A stretch of DNA of 64,000 nucleotides, from contig OX597817.1 of assembly GCA_951406725.2 (NCBI GenBank), forward strand, positions 120,466,001 to 120,530,000, given 5' to 3'. Numbering within the stretch: the first letter of the stretch is position 1; every line of letters starts with the position of its first letter. The notes under the pieces were generated by a model. That model saw nothing but the letters and a program-made list of their open reading frames with translations. It did not search any database and was not told where the DNA came from. The DNA comes from Octopus vulgaris. Lineage: Eukaryota. Positions 1 through 13,053 of the stretch are shown here, one piece after another. The position numbers were made by a program, and so were the translations under genes.

Positions 1-309
1 TTATATATCAGGTATAATTATTTAATTCACTATCTGTGTACTGCCTATTATTCCTTTAGTTAACCTTTTATCTACCTCTATATTTACATATCTCGATATT
101 TATTATACTAGTTAGTATATTTTAATATGGTATATGGTTACAAAGTAGTTTTATGTTACAAGAAATGACATTGATTACTCTGACTAGCTCTAATTTATTG
201 ACATCATAATTTATAGATAAATCACTTTCACTGTTATGAATAGCATTTGATCCTTATTTTACAATCACAAATAAATATTCTGAACCAACAACTGCATTTT
301 AAGATACCT

Positions 310-705
310 TTTACCTATTGCTTGCTTCAGTCATTAGACTGCAGCCATGCTGAGATACCTCCTTGAAGAGATTTTAGTTGAATGAATCGACCTCAGTACT
401 TATTTCTTATTTTGTGTCTGGTACTTATTTTATCTGTATCTTTTGCCAAACTGCTAAGTTATGAGAATGTAAACACATCAACACCGGTTATCAAGCAGTG
501 GTGGCAGATAAACACAGACTCAAATACACACACATACACATACGTGCATTTCTTTCAGTTTCCGTCTATCATATCTGCTCACAAGTCTTTGGTTGATCCA
601 AGGCTATAGTAGAAAACACTTGCCCAAAGTGCCTCACAGTGGGACTGAACCCAGATCCATGTGGTTAGGAAGCATACTTTTTAACCACACAACCACATCT
701 GTGCC
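310..705 (-). mobile_element. tRNA-derived SINE, family A (about 400 bp), diverged copy
   Basis: Reverse complement aligns by eye with the young copy at 63055-63447: head with A/B-box-like motifs and tail CAGCATGGC...GACTGAAACAAG. Confidence 0.85.
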
Positions 706-869
706 CACAAGATAGAAGATAATTAGTTTTGGATGAGCTATAGAATTGCCAAAACATTAAATCTCTAAAATATGAAAATTTACTCTTAAAGTTGTCTTCG
801 GGTTTCTGATCCTTTCCATCTTTGATTCAAGAATTTTCTTTTTGTGTGTGTATACATGTACGTACGTAC

Positions 870-900
<31 letters not shown>

Positions 901-970
901 TGTATGTATGTATGTATGTATGTATGGATGGATGTATATATATATACATACACACACACACACATATAAG

Positions 971-1033
971 ATCATCATCATTTAACATCCATTGTCCATA
1001 CTGGCATGGGTTGGATGGTTTGACCAGAGCTGG
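971..1033 (-). mobile_element. SINE family B 3' tail fragment with (GAT)n tail
   Basis: CATCATCATTTAACATCC...GCATGGGTTGGATGGTTTGACC matches the longer copy at 58852-59182. Confidence 0.7.
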
Positions 1034-1068
1034 TATATATGTGTATGTGTGTATTCATATATATATAC

Positions 1069-1129
<61 letters not shown>

Positions 1130-1415
1130 GTAACTATGCATTATAGTACTCAGACTTCTCTTTGTACAATAAAATGCCAGTGCAACACCTCATCATGGAG
1201 AACTATGATCAAATACTGAGAATCAGAGCACATTGCAGTGGAAGCAACCTCTGCATTAGCAGGAACTGTAGTGGTTGGTAGTGGAAAGCAAAGTGGAACA
1301 TAGCTTAACAAGAACAATACTCATACATACACACCTACAAACAAGCAAATTCATATATTTAGTATAGGTGTAAATCACATATTAAAGAATTAAAATAATA
1401 ATAATAATAATAATG

Positions 1416-1446
<31 letters not shown>

Positions 1447-2613
1447 TAAATGATTTGCAACTCAAATGCAATAATACTTTAATGATTTGGTAATTTAATA
1501 TTCACTTTTTTTTCTTCCTTTCTTTACTTTCTGCATAATATCAATTTCTTTGGCACCCATTTTTACATGCAACAAATAGATAGGTGTCAACATTTTATTG
1601 ATAGTCAATGATTTTAAATGTATCATAGCACAAATCACTATTAAATCCTCTACAGTCAATGTAGTTCTATATTATGTAGACACTTAAAATTTGAATTTGC
1701 TAAATTGTTGTTCGGAAAGCATATTAAAAGAAATAGTTTATCGTGTGACTTTATTCTAAATATTCCATAATGTCATGAACACATGAAATCAGAAAATTGA
1801 AAATTAATTAATTTGGGAAATAATAGCATTGTATGGGCTTATTAGAATCTGAAACATGTTTTTCCTTTTTTCTAAAAGTTTAGTTGTTTTTGTTTCGTTT
1901 TTCTTTAATTATGTTGTACCATGATATAAATAGAGAGTTTCAATGAAATTTCCATTAGTTGGAATATATAAGGTCGTGACTTGTTTACATTAAACATAAA
2001 TTTTCAAGTAGTATATATATATATATATATATATATTCTTTTTAAAGCCTCCAGATTTTGTAGGTGTGTAGCAAGTAATTGATTGAGAAAATGTATTGCA
2101 TTCATTTGAGTTGGGGAATAGAGCAATGAATTTTTATTATCCCACACAGGATTTTACTTAGTGTTACTGAACAAATAAATTCCTCTTGTGATTACAAGGG
2201 AATTAACTTCAATTTACGTAGTTATAAATTAGTCTAAATTTCATTATTGAAATTATAATTAATAAGCAGAAATTTCAAATACAAAAATAAAAATAACAAT
2301 TCTTAAAGTACTTTAACATAGACACCCACATCTGTTAAAAATCTTGAACTACATGAAACTGATGTTCAAATAATGTTGTTGTACCAAGCACTCTTCTGTA
2401 TGAGAAGTAAAGATTAACCTGACTTTTTAGAAAGAACTTCCTGTTTTCATTATGTGTTTTTATTTCCTGTATTTTGTTAAATGAATTTCTCTGGACATTT
2501 TTCTCCTTCAATTTTCAAACTGTTAACCATTACTAAGCTCTTACAAAATGATGGTTAATACCTCAAGTAGTGATAGATTTTGGTGATATTATTTATTTAT
2601 TAATGATTTAGTT

Positions 2614-2850
2614 GTGGAGGTGTAGGCTTAGTTGTTAGGATGTTGCACTCCTGATTGCAAAAATTGTGGTTTTGATTCCTGGACTGAGCAATATATTGGT
2701 TCTTGAGCAAAACGCTTCATTTCATGTTGCCTTAGTCCTCTCAGTTGGTGAAAATGAGTAATCCTGTGATGGAACAGTATCCCATCCAGAATGGGGATAC
2801 ATACATTACATAATCTTGGAAACCAGCCTATGGCTTGGGTAGAACTTTTG
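2614..2850 (+). mobile_element. tRNA-derived SINE, family D, diverged
   Basis: GTGGAGG..GGCTTAGTTGTTAGG head and TTCTTGAGCAAAAC..TTCATTTCA body, homologous to 12797-13053 and 39801-40060. Confidence 0.75.
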
Positions 2851-3077
2851 ACCCAGGAAACAATACCCAGGAATTGATGTCATGTAAATCTATGTGCAAT
2901 CACTTATGTGTAATTAACTCCACTGTATTCAATCTACCTTTGCAGATTATTTGATATGACAGCAGGTAACACATTCCAAAATGGTTAAAAGCTGCTTTCG
3001 CACCATTGATCATTACATCATGTCAGCAAATATCATCTTAATTCATACAATAGTTATAGTTTTGTGATTTGTATTAA

Positions 3078-3264
3078 CCCTTTAGTATTCAAATGACTTT
3101 ATCTAAGCGATGCTTGTCTATTTACATTGCATTAAATCAACCATGGCTTATCTTGTAGCTTTGAGATTTCAATGATATAACTGTTGTTTATCTTTAGAAT
3201 GACATTCTAGGATAGGTGCAAGAGACCAAATCTGGATAGTTTGTCCACTTTAAATGCTAAAGGC
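3078..3264. mobile_element. TTAA-flanked MITE (piggyBac-type non-autonomous), family M1
   Basis: TTAA|CCCTTTAGTATT...AATGCTAAAGGC|TTGA ends; body homologous to 15207-15672 and 49173-49916. Confidence 0.7.
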
Positions 3265-3479
3265 TTGACTACATTTTGTCAAAATTTCTCATTTCTAACA
3301 GATTTATATAGAGAAAGCAAGCAGTACAAGATAGAAATGAAGTCCTCTCCTGTAATCAAAATTAGGACAGCACGTTTTAAAGCTATAAACTCCATGAAGA
3401 TAAGAAATACCAATAAAATGATCAAGAATATCAAACAATAGCAAACACATTTCTGTGTTCAGCCACTATAATTTAAAGA

Positions 3480-3680
3480 CAATGGTTTCAAGTTTTGTAC
3501 ATGGCCAGTAATTTTAGGGGCAACATTAACTGAGTACATTGACTCCAGTGTTCAATTGATACATATTTTACCAACCCCAACAGGATAGATGGAAAAGTTG
3601 ATCTTGGTGGAATTTGAATCCAAAATGTAAAGAACCAGAAGAAATACTGCTGAACATTTTACTTGACACAGTAACTATTC
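3480..3680 (-). mobile_element. tRNA-derived SINE, family E, diverged
   Basis: AAAAGTTGATCTTGGTGGAATTTGAA and ATTGACTCCAGTG match the reverse complement of the copy at 14128-14362. Confidence 0.65.
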
Positions 3681-5740
3681 TTCCATGATTCAAGGATAAT
3701 AAAAATAAATTGCACCAGAAGAGGAACAATTGATAGAAGCTGTCTTAAGTAAATATTTAATTTAGTATTGAAGCATTCTGAATATTTAAAATATTTCCCA
3801 GAAAATTTTTTGACACAATAAGCTTTCAATTTAGCCACTGAAACACAAATTATGAAACATAGTTGAAATGTTTATATCGGTAATCTAGGAACTTATCCAA
3901 ATATCAATATGCCAACACTTTCTATACAATTTTGATATCTAATATCCTATAGATTTAAATAACTTAATTTTGTTGATATTTTGTATAATTTTACATGCTC
4001 ATAGTTTTTCTTATCTCTTGATAATACCAAATCCCATCATCTTCTTACTAATACTAAGATATAAATTGATTCTTTCAAATTACTTAGTTTATTTCAGCAT
4101 TTTTTTTTTTTAGAAAAACAGGGTAAGTATTGTAATATATTTATAGCTATTTATTTTTTTTATTTCAACAAAAGAGAAGATAGTTGAAAGAGTAGAACAT
4201 GGATTGTATATTGTGGATTGTATAGAAAAGAACAACACTGACAATGATAAGAGGGTGGTGGTGATGTTGACAATGGTTCTCAGCTACTTCTATACCTGTG
4301 AGTGGTTTCAGTGACAATTTAAGCTAGTCAATGTTTAAACAGTATCATCTAGAGTTTAGAGAGTTATCTCAATCATCAAAAAACAAAAAAAAAGCATTAA
4401 AAGAACGTGAAAGTGTTAAATGTAAGTGCAGTGCTGGTATTAGTAACACAAGAAAAAAAAAAAAGGGAAATTCTATTAAGCCATAATCAGAGAAAAATGC
4501 CATTCATTTTGTACTTAAATAAATCTGCGGTAATAAAAGAGAAATTAATTCATTAATCTACTAGGATCATTGATTGTAACTTAATCTTAACTGTTCCAAA
4601 GCCATGGTTATGGCACCTTGCTTTCATTTGCCAAGTTAATGAATCCAATTAAAAGAATACCTAAGTTGTAATTAAATCAAACTAAGCTACACGTTTCCAA
4701 ACAGATTGATTAAAAGTAATTGTTTGCGTGTAATGTAGAGCTGCTTTATTGGTAAAATTATTTAGCAGTTTTTAGGCTGCACTAGTGCAATACCTATAGA
4801 GCAATCAATCTTGAGATATTTTTGTTGTCCAATCCTGCTGCAAATCAAACTGATAAGAGACCAGATACATTTACATGTACATATATATATATATATATAT
4901 ATAGACACATACACACACGCATATATACACATAAATCATATATATATATATATGTATGTATATACATGTACACACATGCGTAAAAATTATATATATAATA
5001 ATGCGTACACACATGCGTATAAATTATATATATATATGAACATTTTGAAGGGCTTTTAAATCAGATAAGGAAGAGAAAAAAACATGACTAAATACTGGTT
5101 AAAAAAAGAAAAAACATATACTATATGGATAGAGAAAACTTATGGAACAGGCTATTCTTAAATGAATTGCTATATTAGATCACAATCTAAATATTACAAA
5201 TTTGTTATCCATTATATATACTTTTTTTTAATTAGTAACTTTTTGAGATGAGATATTATTCATTTTATTCAGGAGGGAGACTGCCTCAAATTGATTCATG
5301 CTATATTAGATTGCTTTACATCGTTAATACTAGAAAGATATATGTGTATATGTATGCATATGTGTGTGTGTGTGTATGTCTATGTGTGTGTGTGCATGTG
5401 TGTGTTGATAAAAGGAGCAGGTTTTTCTTTCACTTACATTACAATGAAGACATGACTATGTATGAATTTAATTATTTTTATTTGTGATTTTTCCAATATT
5501 TGTTGTAATCTTTTATGTTCAGTTTGGAACAGTTATGTTCGAAAGTCCATTAGCATTTTCGGAATTGCTCAGTCTTATCATAAGAATGAAGAGATGATAG
5601 TCGCATTATTATAATAGGTAAAGCACCCATGAAACACAGGGGTTGATGTAATTGATTTAATCCCCTCCCCTCAAGCTGCTCTTGTGGCAAACATTGGGAT
5701 TCATCATTATAATAGGTAACATGTATTCATAGGAATGATG

Positions 5741-6031
5741 GTGGAGGCACATAGCCTAGTGGTTAGAGCAGTGGACTCGTGATCAAGGGATCGCAGGTAC
5801 AAATCTCAGACCAGGCAATGCATGTGTTTATGAGTGAAACACCTAAGCTCCATGCGGCTCTGGCAGAAGGTAATGGTGAACTTCTGCATACTCTTTCGAC
5901 ACAACTTTCTCTCACTCTTTCCTCCTGCACCTTGCAGCTCACTGGTGTCCCATCCAGGTAGGGAACCTATATGCCAAGGAAACTGGGAAACCGGCCCTTA
6001 TGAGCCACACATGACTCGAGAAGGAACAAAC
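5741..6031 (+). mobile_element. tRNA-derived SINE, family C variant
   Basis: GTGGAGGCACATAGCCTAGTGGTTAGAGCAGTGGACTCG head shared with 31961-32265; 10-bp target duplication AGGAATGATG at 5731-5740 and 6032-6041. Confidence 0.85.
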
Positions 6032-6209
6032 AGGAATGATGCGGTAACTGATAAAACTCATCTTTGCCAGGTCTAAAATTTGTCTAAATGTAAAACACGC
6101 ACACACACACACACACAAATATAATCACACACGCGCGCATACACACACACACACATACAAATATATGTCACTCACTCATTCTCCATCACCCTTCCCCAAC
6201 ATGTATATG

Positions 6210-6380
6210 TAGTTCAAATTTACAGAAAATAAAAGATGAAGACAGGTGAGGGAACATGCAAGTGTATTAGTTTGATGCCCAGGAAGAATGGAAAAGTCTT
6301 TGATGTTTTGAGCCTACACTTTTTGGCAGAAAGAGTTGAGATGAAAAATACAAAGAGAGGGAGAAAAATGTGTAGGGATT
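6210..6380 (-). mobile_element. Penelope-like terminal (pLTR-type) fragment with decayed hammerhead-like motif
   Basis: Homologous to 44460-44642 and 54150-54243 (AAAGAC..CTAATACA..CCTGTCTTC..TTTT) and abuts TA/TACA repeats. The Penelope assignment is inferred from the hammerhead-like geometry. Confidence 0.55.
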
Positions 6381-6539
6381 ATGCATACATACATACATAC
6401 ATACAATCATACATACATACACACACACACATACACACATACATACATACATGCATACATACATACATACATAAATGCATATATTTGCTTGTTTCCAAGT
6501 ATTTTTGTAGACCCACTGTGGTTACTTTATAAAAGTTTG

Positions 6540-6582
<43 letters not shown>

Positions 6583-6583
<1 letters not shown>

Positions 6584-6700
6584 TAGCAGTATAGCCCGGC
6601 GTTGCTTGGGTTTGTTTTTTTAGTTGCGTTTAAAACGGCAGACTTTGATGTTGCGTTATCAAAGTTTTGACATAGTTTCAATCTATGAATAAAAGTATAG
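6583..6700 (-). mobile_element. Helitron 3' end (5' extent uncertain)
   Basis: Reverse complement CAAACCCAAGCAACGCCGGGCTATACTGCTAG-T is near identical to the Helitron end at 21988-22020 (GC hairpin plus CTAG). Confidence 0.7.
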
Positions 6701-6950
6701 TGTGGTGATGCTCGAGTTTGTTCTGAATATGTATATATTAATATTTAGCAGAAGCATTTGAGTGACTCTAGGGCTGGGAGTTTCATGTGTTGGCACTCAC
6801 CAAACAATACACAAAACTCTTAACCCTTTAATCACTCTGTTACTTTTGCTAAACTTCAATAAAAATATACATATACTCATATTTTGAGTTCTATATTTCT
6901 TATTTGCATCGCCATACCTGCATATATATTTTCTTTTCTTCTTTTTCTTT

Positions 6951-7346
6951 TTTACTTGTTTCAGTCATTTTGACTGTGGCCATGCTGTAGCACCACCTTT
7001 AATCGAGCAAATCGACCCTGGGACTTATTCTTTGTAAGCCCAGTACTTATTCTATCGGTCTCTTTTGCTGAACTGCTAAGTGACAGGGACATAAACACAC
7101 CAGCATCGGTTGTCAAGCAATGCTAGGGGAACAAACACAGACACAGAAACATACATGCACATACATATATATATACACATATACGACGGGCTTCTTTCAG
7201 TTTCCATCTACCAAATCCACTCACAAGGCTTTGGTCGGCCCGAGGCTATAGTAGAAGACACTTGCCCAAGGTGCCACGCAGTGGGACTGAACCCAGAACC
7301 ATGTGGTTGGTTAGCAAGCTACTTACCACACAGCTACTCCTGCGCC
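6951..7346 (-). mobile_element. SINE family A, near full length
   Basis: High similarity to the reverse complement of 63055-63447. Confidence 0.92.
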
Positions 7347-7381
<35 letters not shown>

Positions 7382-7992
7382 ATTATACACACTTTTATCA
7401 TAAAATATCTTTATTAATGTCACACTGACTTATTTGCATGTGTACTTATAGTGCTACTATTGTGGTCATGTGATTGAAGTTTGATCCTGATCATGACAAA
7501 TTTCTCTCTGGCTTTACAGTATAAGCATGGCCATCCCGCAAACAATGTATACCAAAGAGCAGTGATCTGAGAGACCAGTTTGCCATTAACATCTTTTGAG
7601 CTTACCGAATCTTCTTTTATGTGGTGGAGGTTGATGAGCATCCTGTTCTCCCTTCATGCATCATGCACGCCCAGACATCTTTAAACATCTTGATCCACTT
7701 ATACACCTTCCGACTTGAGAAATGTATTCACTCTTCTTTGTTCTTCTTTGGTGTACATTGCTAGTGGAGTGGCTATGCTTCCATTGTAAAGCCAGAAAGA
7801 AAAATGGTGTGATCGGGCTCAAACTTCAATCACATGACCACAATAGTATCAACTATAAGCACACATGCACAGAAGGTAATGTGACAATAATAAAGATATG
7901 TTACAGTGAAAGTGCGGATAATTTTTTACTTAACCTTGTGCATGTATATATATATATACATATATATACATGCACGAGGGTAAGTCAAAAAT

Positions 7993-7996
<4 letters not shown>
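7382..7996. mobile_element. mariner-derived palindromic non-autonomous element
   Basis: Inverted arms at about 7382-7558 and 7745-7938. The loop on the - strand encodes a mariner HTH relic (FSSRKVYKWIKMFKD..EGRTGCSSTST). TIR-like CGAGGGTAAGTCAAAAATTAT is present. Confidence 0.8.
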
Positions 7997-8027
<31 letters not shown>

Positions 8028-10824
8028 GTATATGTATATGTGTGTGTGGCTATCTGTCCGTACATATATATGCATGTATAGTGTATGTTATAAGAGAAAT
8101 ACACACACACATACTTCTCTTAGAACTGCAGTCCAATCAAAATCAGGAAACCCATATAGCAATAGTTTCATATTTTCATGTGTCTCCTTCAGATGTTCCT
8201 TCTCAAGGAGCTATGATCTTTTATATAACATTCTGCAGAAATATTTTGAATTCTTTCTTAAGTATCCTTAAGAATGAGATGAGTTTCTATTTATCATGAC
8301 TTGCACTATATGTGGGCATGCAAATTGTTTCACAAAATTCTCTGATTACATCAATATGTAAATATAACATTGCTGTTTGGAATCTATCGAGGTTTTTAAA
8401 ATTATTCTGAAGTGCAATATTAAAACAAAACTATGCTTTGGTAGTGTGACAGATGAGCAGCTGTTAAAGCATTAGACATAATGTCTTGCAGTGTTTGTTC
8501 CCACTCCTTGTAGCCTGAGTAGCAACCCTACTGAAGTCAGCTTTTTGTTCTTTTGTTCTAGCTAAATTGTCAGAGTAATGAACAAGATTCCTTGTGGAAT
8601 CTGCACCTGTTCTTTGCATTTTCACAGCAACACTTCTGACACTACAAGTGCCAGTGGCAATATCAACTCTTGCCTTTTCTCAGGCAATATTAGTGACACA
8701 GAGAGGAGAGACTTTCATGCCCGAGCAACAGTTGGTCTACAATCTAAAAATGTTGGTAATTAAACAAAGATTTCAGAATTATTTTTTTTTTCTTTTCAGA
8801 ATGTGTAAACTATATATCAGAAAAATAATATAAATATTCTTGAAATATCAACTGTACTTTTTTGTCAAATAAACCAACTAGAACACTGAAATAATAAATA
8901 AGTATATAAAAGTTGAAGCCTGGCATTATATAATATATCGAAATATGAATAAAAAGATATGATAATTGAATAATTATTGTATTGTCAAATATGATTACAG
9001 TGTGAATTCCATAGTAATCAAATATGATTACCATGCTATTCTAGGACTGTCATCTGCTTTGCTTTATTGTTGTTGAGAATTTGTTCTCTGGTCTTCAATA
9101 TTTCTACTTTGAAAATGAGACTACACATAATATTCATTTATCAGTGAACTATTTCTCTTGTACTTGTCTTGCTATGCTTAATAACTTTTTTCTTTCTTCT
9201 TGTTCTTCTGTGAAATAGAACTATACATCTATTTTCTATTTGTCTTCTGGCGGCATGTTCTTTTACCGTTCTATGTAATTATTTGTAATGAGTATATAGA
9301 ACTGGAAATAAACTTGGTACATGATGAGAAATAATTAGTGAAAATGATGTATTGTTACAGAGGAATATAAGAGTAAGATGAATATCTTGAAAGTATAATG
9401 CACTTTTAGAATAGAAGTTGACCAAGTTTATATGATTCCTGCTTACACAATAAATGTCCGATGGTTCACATCTCATTACCAATGTCTATGATATTTATTT
9501 AAAGTGTAGATTTTGAACTGTATGTGTTGTATAAGAATGCCCATCAATGTTTCACAACTGTAGATTTAAGTGTTGGTGTTGGAAATTCTTCACAAGATAA
9601 AAGCACATGTTTTTAGTATATTTTAATACATTTTGAACCAAAACTAACACTTGTAACATACAGTTACATAAGATTTATTAGAGTTATAAATGTTTCTATT
9701 TGGCAATAAAGACATTATTCTAACAGACACAGAGGTGTTGGAGTATGGCACTTAACACTGAGAGTTCACTAACCTAATATGCATTTAATGACCATCTCAA
9801 TAATCAGTGTAATGATGATTTTAAGCACTAAGCAATACAGCCTTTGTTATTAAAATTTAGGACAATTCATTTCAAATAATGGCAAAACACTATGAATTGC
9901 CTGCCATAATACACATCAAATGCACCTGGCTGGTGTAGTCTAAACACTAGTGATATCACTTAGCTGTTGGTTATTTAAAAGGAACTAACAGGGTGTCAAA
10001 TATAATTTTAGAATTTACTTAAAATGGATTTACTAATTTACTTCAGAAACATTGGTTTAAATTACATTATAGGTATTTTCTTTAATTTGTAAATTCTGTC
10101 TTGTTTCACTATACCACTGAATATCAAAGTACAGATTTTATTCTTGGTATTTAAGATAATGTATAGTTTACAAGTGATTTTTTTTTTTTGCAAGTTCAAA
10201 CTTCATTGTGTACACCAACATACATGGTAAGTAGTTTCATATGAAGGGACAGTTCACTGTTATAAGAACTGATGTATCTTCCATAATGTACCAGCCTCTG
10301 AATAACTAACTGTTCTATTAGAAACTGGGGTCAATTCATCCTCTATCACATGCTACTTCTTGTAGAAAATGAAGAGACATTGGGTAATAAGACTCATATG
10401 CTATATCTGAAAGCACAAGAGTTGTATATGGAATTCCTTAGATTTCTTTTCAGCACAGGTCTGCTTAGTCAAGGCTGACAAAGTTCTAAACAACAACAAC
10501 AATAAATACTTAAACAGAACATTACTTTCTGATAATCAGTTGAGACACTGACTTTCAATTTCACTATGAATATTTAAAAAATTATTAGCTTAATGATAAG
10601 CTACAGCTAAATATAATCTTCTATGCCAGTTCGATTTCCAGATGATCCAGTTCATTTCACCTACTTCTTATACATATAATATTTAGATGTAGTCAATTAC
10701 TTCGATAGAAATGAACTCCTCCAGGCTGACTTTTAGATTTCAAATACTTATATGAATGATTTAATTATATGAGATTCCTAAACTAGATTAGTAAAATAGA
10801 ATTCTTAAAAACATGTGAGACAAG

Positions 10825-11275
10825 TCTATATCTATAATACAGTCCTTGGACGAAAATTGTATGCACATTTTGCTTTGATGGTTAATGGCGGCCAAACTGA
10901 GGCTAGGATTGAGCTAAAAATTGGCAGGGATACTAAATGCAGGGTGAGGAGGAGACCCATGATGGTTAAAATTCACAAGCTATAAAGAAGTGGCTGCTAT
11001 GGCAAAAAGAGGGATTTTTAATCGATTCAAGAGGGCCCAGAGCCCCTCTAGGATTGTGCGATTGACTTTTAATGCCCAGGCTGTTGTGCTTAATAAACAT
11101 ACATTTTTTCGTGAAATTCCTGCTACTAGGAAACGATTTTTCATTGTGAAAAAATGAGGGCTTTTTGCCCTCATCTTCTTTTTAATTTTTAATAAAATTT
11201 TTTTTTTTTTTTTAAATTCCTCCTCTTTAAAATGTGGCCCGAGTAGACCCGAATGAAATCGGGTTATAATACTAG
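10825..11275 (+). mobile_element. Non-autonomous Helitron
   Basis: 5' TCTATATCTATAATA, subterminal hairpin ACCCGA-ATGAAA-TCGGGT (11247-11264), 3' CTAG followed by T; relatively CpG-rich interior. Confidence 0.75.
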
Positions 11276-12009
11276 TTTCTTAAATATTTTCCTTCACTTC
11301 AATCTAATTTATGGCATAAAAATATCTTTCTGAGTCAATGACTTATTTTGTTGGTTTCTAACAAAATAAAGTTTTGACTGCAAATGAGAAAATCTGTATG
11401 TGGCTGCTCAGCAATAGCAGTCAGATTTTTCCAATATCATATATTATTGACATGAAAATAAGAAACACTGGAAAATGTAACACAGATCTAGATGCAAAAT
11501 ACCTGAAATGAAAAAAGAAAACAGAAAACAGCATGGTCAGAAATGCTTATAGCTGGAACATAGATGAAGATGATCATAGATGAAGATGATAGAGACTGCT
11601 AAGCAACAACAACAACAAAAGTTTTGAAACTTCTAAGTACAGGAATAACTCAACTTATATCATTTCAAAGAACATCTTTTTTGTCTTTATGCTGTATATT
11701 TTTTCTTTTAAAATATAAATGAGAAAATTAGCTTCAACCTCAATCAATTTATCTGACTTTGCATTGGTGACGTATTTCAAAAACATATAATAAAAAAAAA
11801 CACCTAAAAAATACATGTGAAAATATGTAATAAGCATCTATTAAATAGGTCATGCTAGGTCAGATACAGGGGCATGCACCAATGCAGAACTTGGCTACAT
11901 TCACCATTTGTTGGTATTTGCTTCAGTCATCCCAGGCAATCCTTCAAGTAATGTCCCAGTCAGTCCACATCTCTACAAGAAACTTTTTCATTCACTGTGA
12001 CCATGTGGC

Positions 12010-12790
12010 AATTAATCAACCAGCATGAGCCATAATCCAAACCAGACCTCAGAGAAGAGAACATATGTTTTGTAGTGTGGGGACTTCAAGCCAAAGAATA
12101 GACCCAACATTTCCTCTACACCTCATAATAGGCAACTAAAAGTGATTGAGGCAGGATTTTCACTCCAACCTTGTAAAACCTTATCAGCTACGACTACTCA
12201 AAGAAACCCATCAAATCCTCTGGGGAAGTACCTCAACTGCCTATAAGGCACAAGCAGTTGAGGTATAGCCATCAGGAACTCTACCTCATGAATGGGGAAA
12301 TCTCAAGAGGACAGGTTGGAGTGACGGGCTGTCACTTGAGTGGCACAAAGCTGTCATCCACCAAGAGTAGGGAATTTTGTTTCAATCTGAGGGGTCCTAT
12401 TCTGGTGGGGTCCTGAAATGTTGTATCTGAGGGATGATTTCTGACATACATGTTCTTCTGGGTGGCTGATGCAGTGACTTGCAACTCTCATTCTTCTCTG
12501 CTGAATCTTCTCGGTCAGTTTGGATAGATCTTGATAAAGCTGCTCATTGGTTAAATGAGCTCTCCAAGTAACATTTAGAGCAATTCAACTTGTCTTATGG
12601 CAGTCAGTTGAAGGAAGAATCATCAGAGGAAGAAAACATCTAACCTATGTGGACAACTTGCTCTAGGACAATGGAATGGCAAATGTTGACGAATTAAGAA
12701 CATGCATGGTGGGGGGGGGCGTGCTGGATGGCATGCTCATATAAAATCAATGAAGCATATGGGAGGATGGCCAAACTAAAACTTAAACAG
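12010..12790 (+). mobile_element. Degenerate, internally deleted RTE-clade LINE
   Basis: About 12580-12710 translates to AIQLVLWQSVEGRIIRGRKHLTYVDNLL*DNGMANVDELRTCM, resembling RTE ORF C-termini. The 5' boundary is uncertain. Confidence 0.55.
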
Positions 12791-12796
12791 ATATAA

Positions 12797-13053
12797 ATAA
12801 AAAATAAATAGATGCGCCCTTTTAAAGCCTAGCCAGGCTCATGGGCCTGGTTTCCCAGATTCTATGGCATATGTGTTCCCCAGCTAGACAGGACGCCAGT
12901 CTATCGCAGCATTACTCATTTTTGAGTGGACTGGAGCAACACGAAATGAAGTGTTTTGCTCAAGAACACAACGCGTCACCCGGTCCAGGAATTGAAACCA
13001 CAATTTTATGATCATGATGCTGACACCCTAACCACTAAGCCATGTGCCTCCAC
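12797..13053 (-). mobile_element. SINE family D, full length
   Basis: tRNA-like head and A-rich tail on the + reading; approximate 12-bp target duplication AA(A/G)CAGATATAA; near identical to 39801-40060. Confidence 0.9.
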
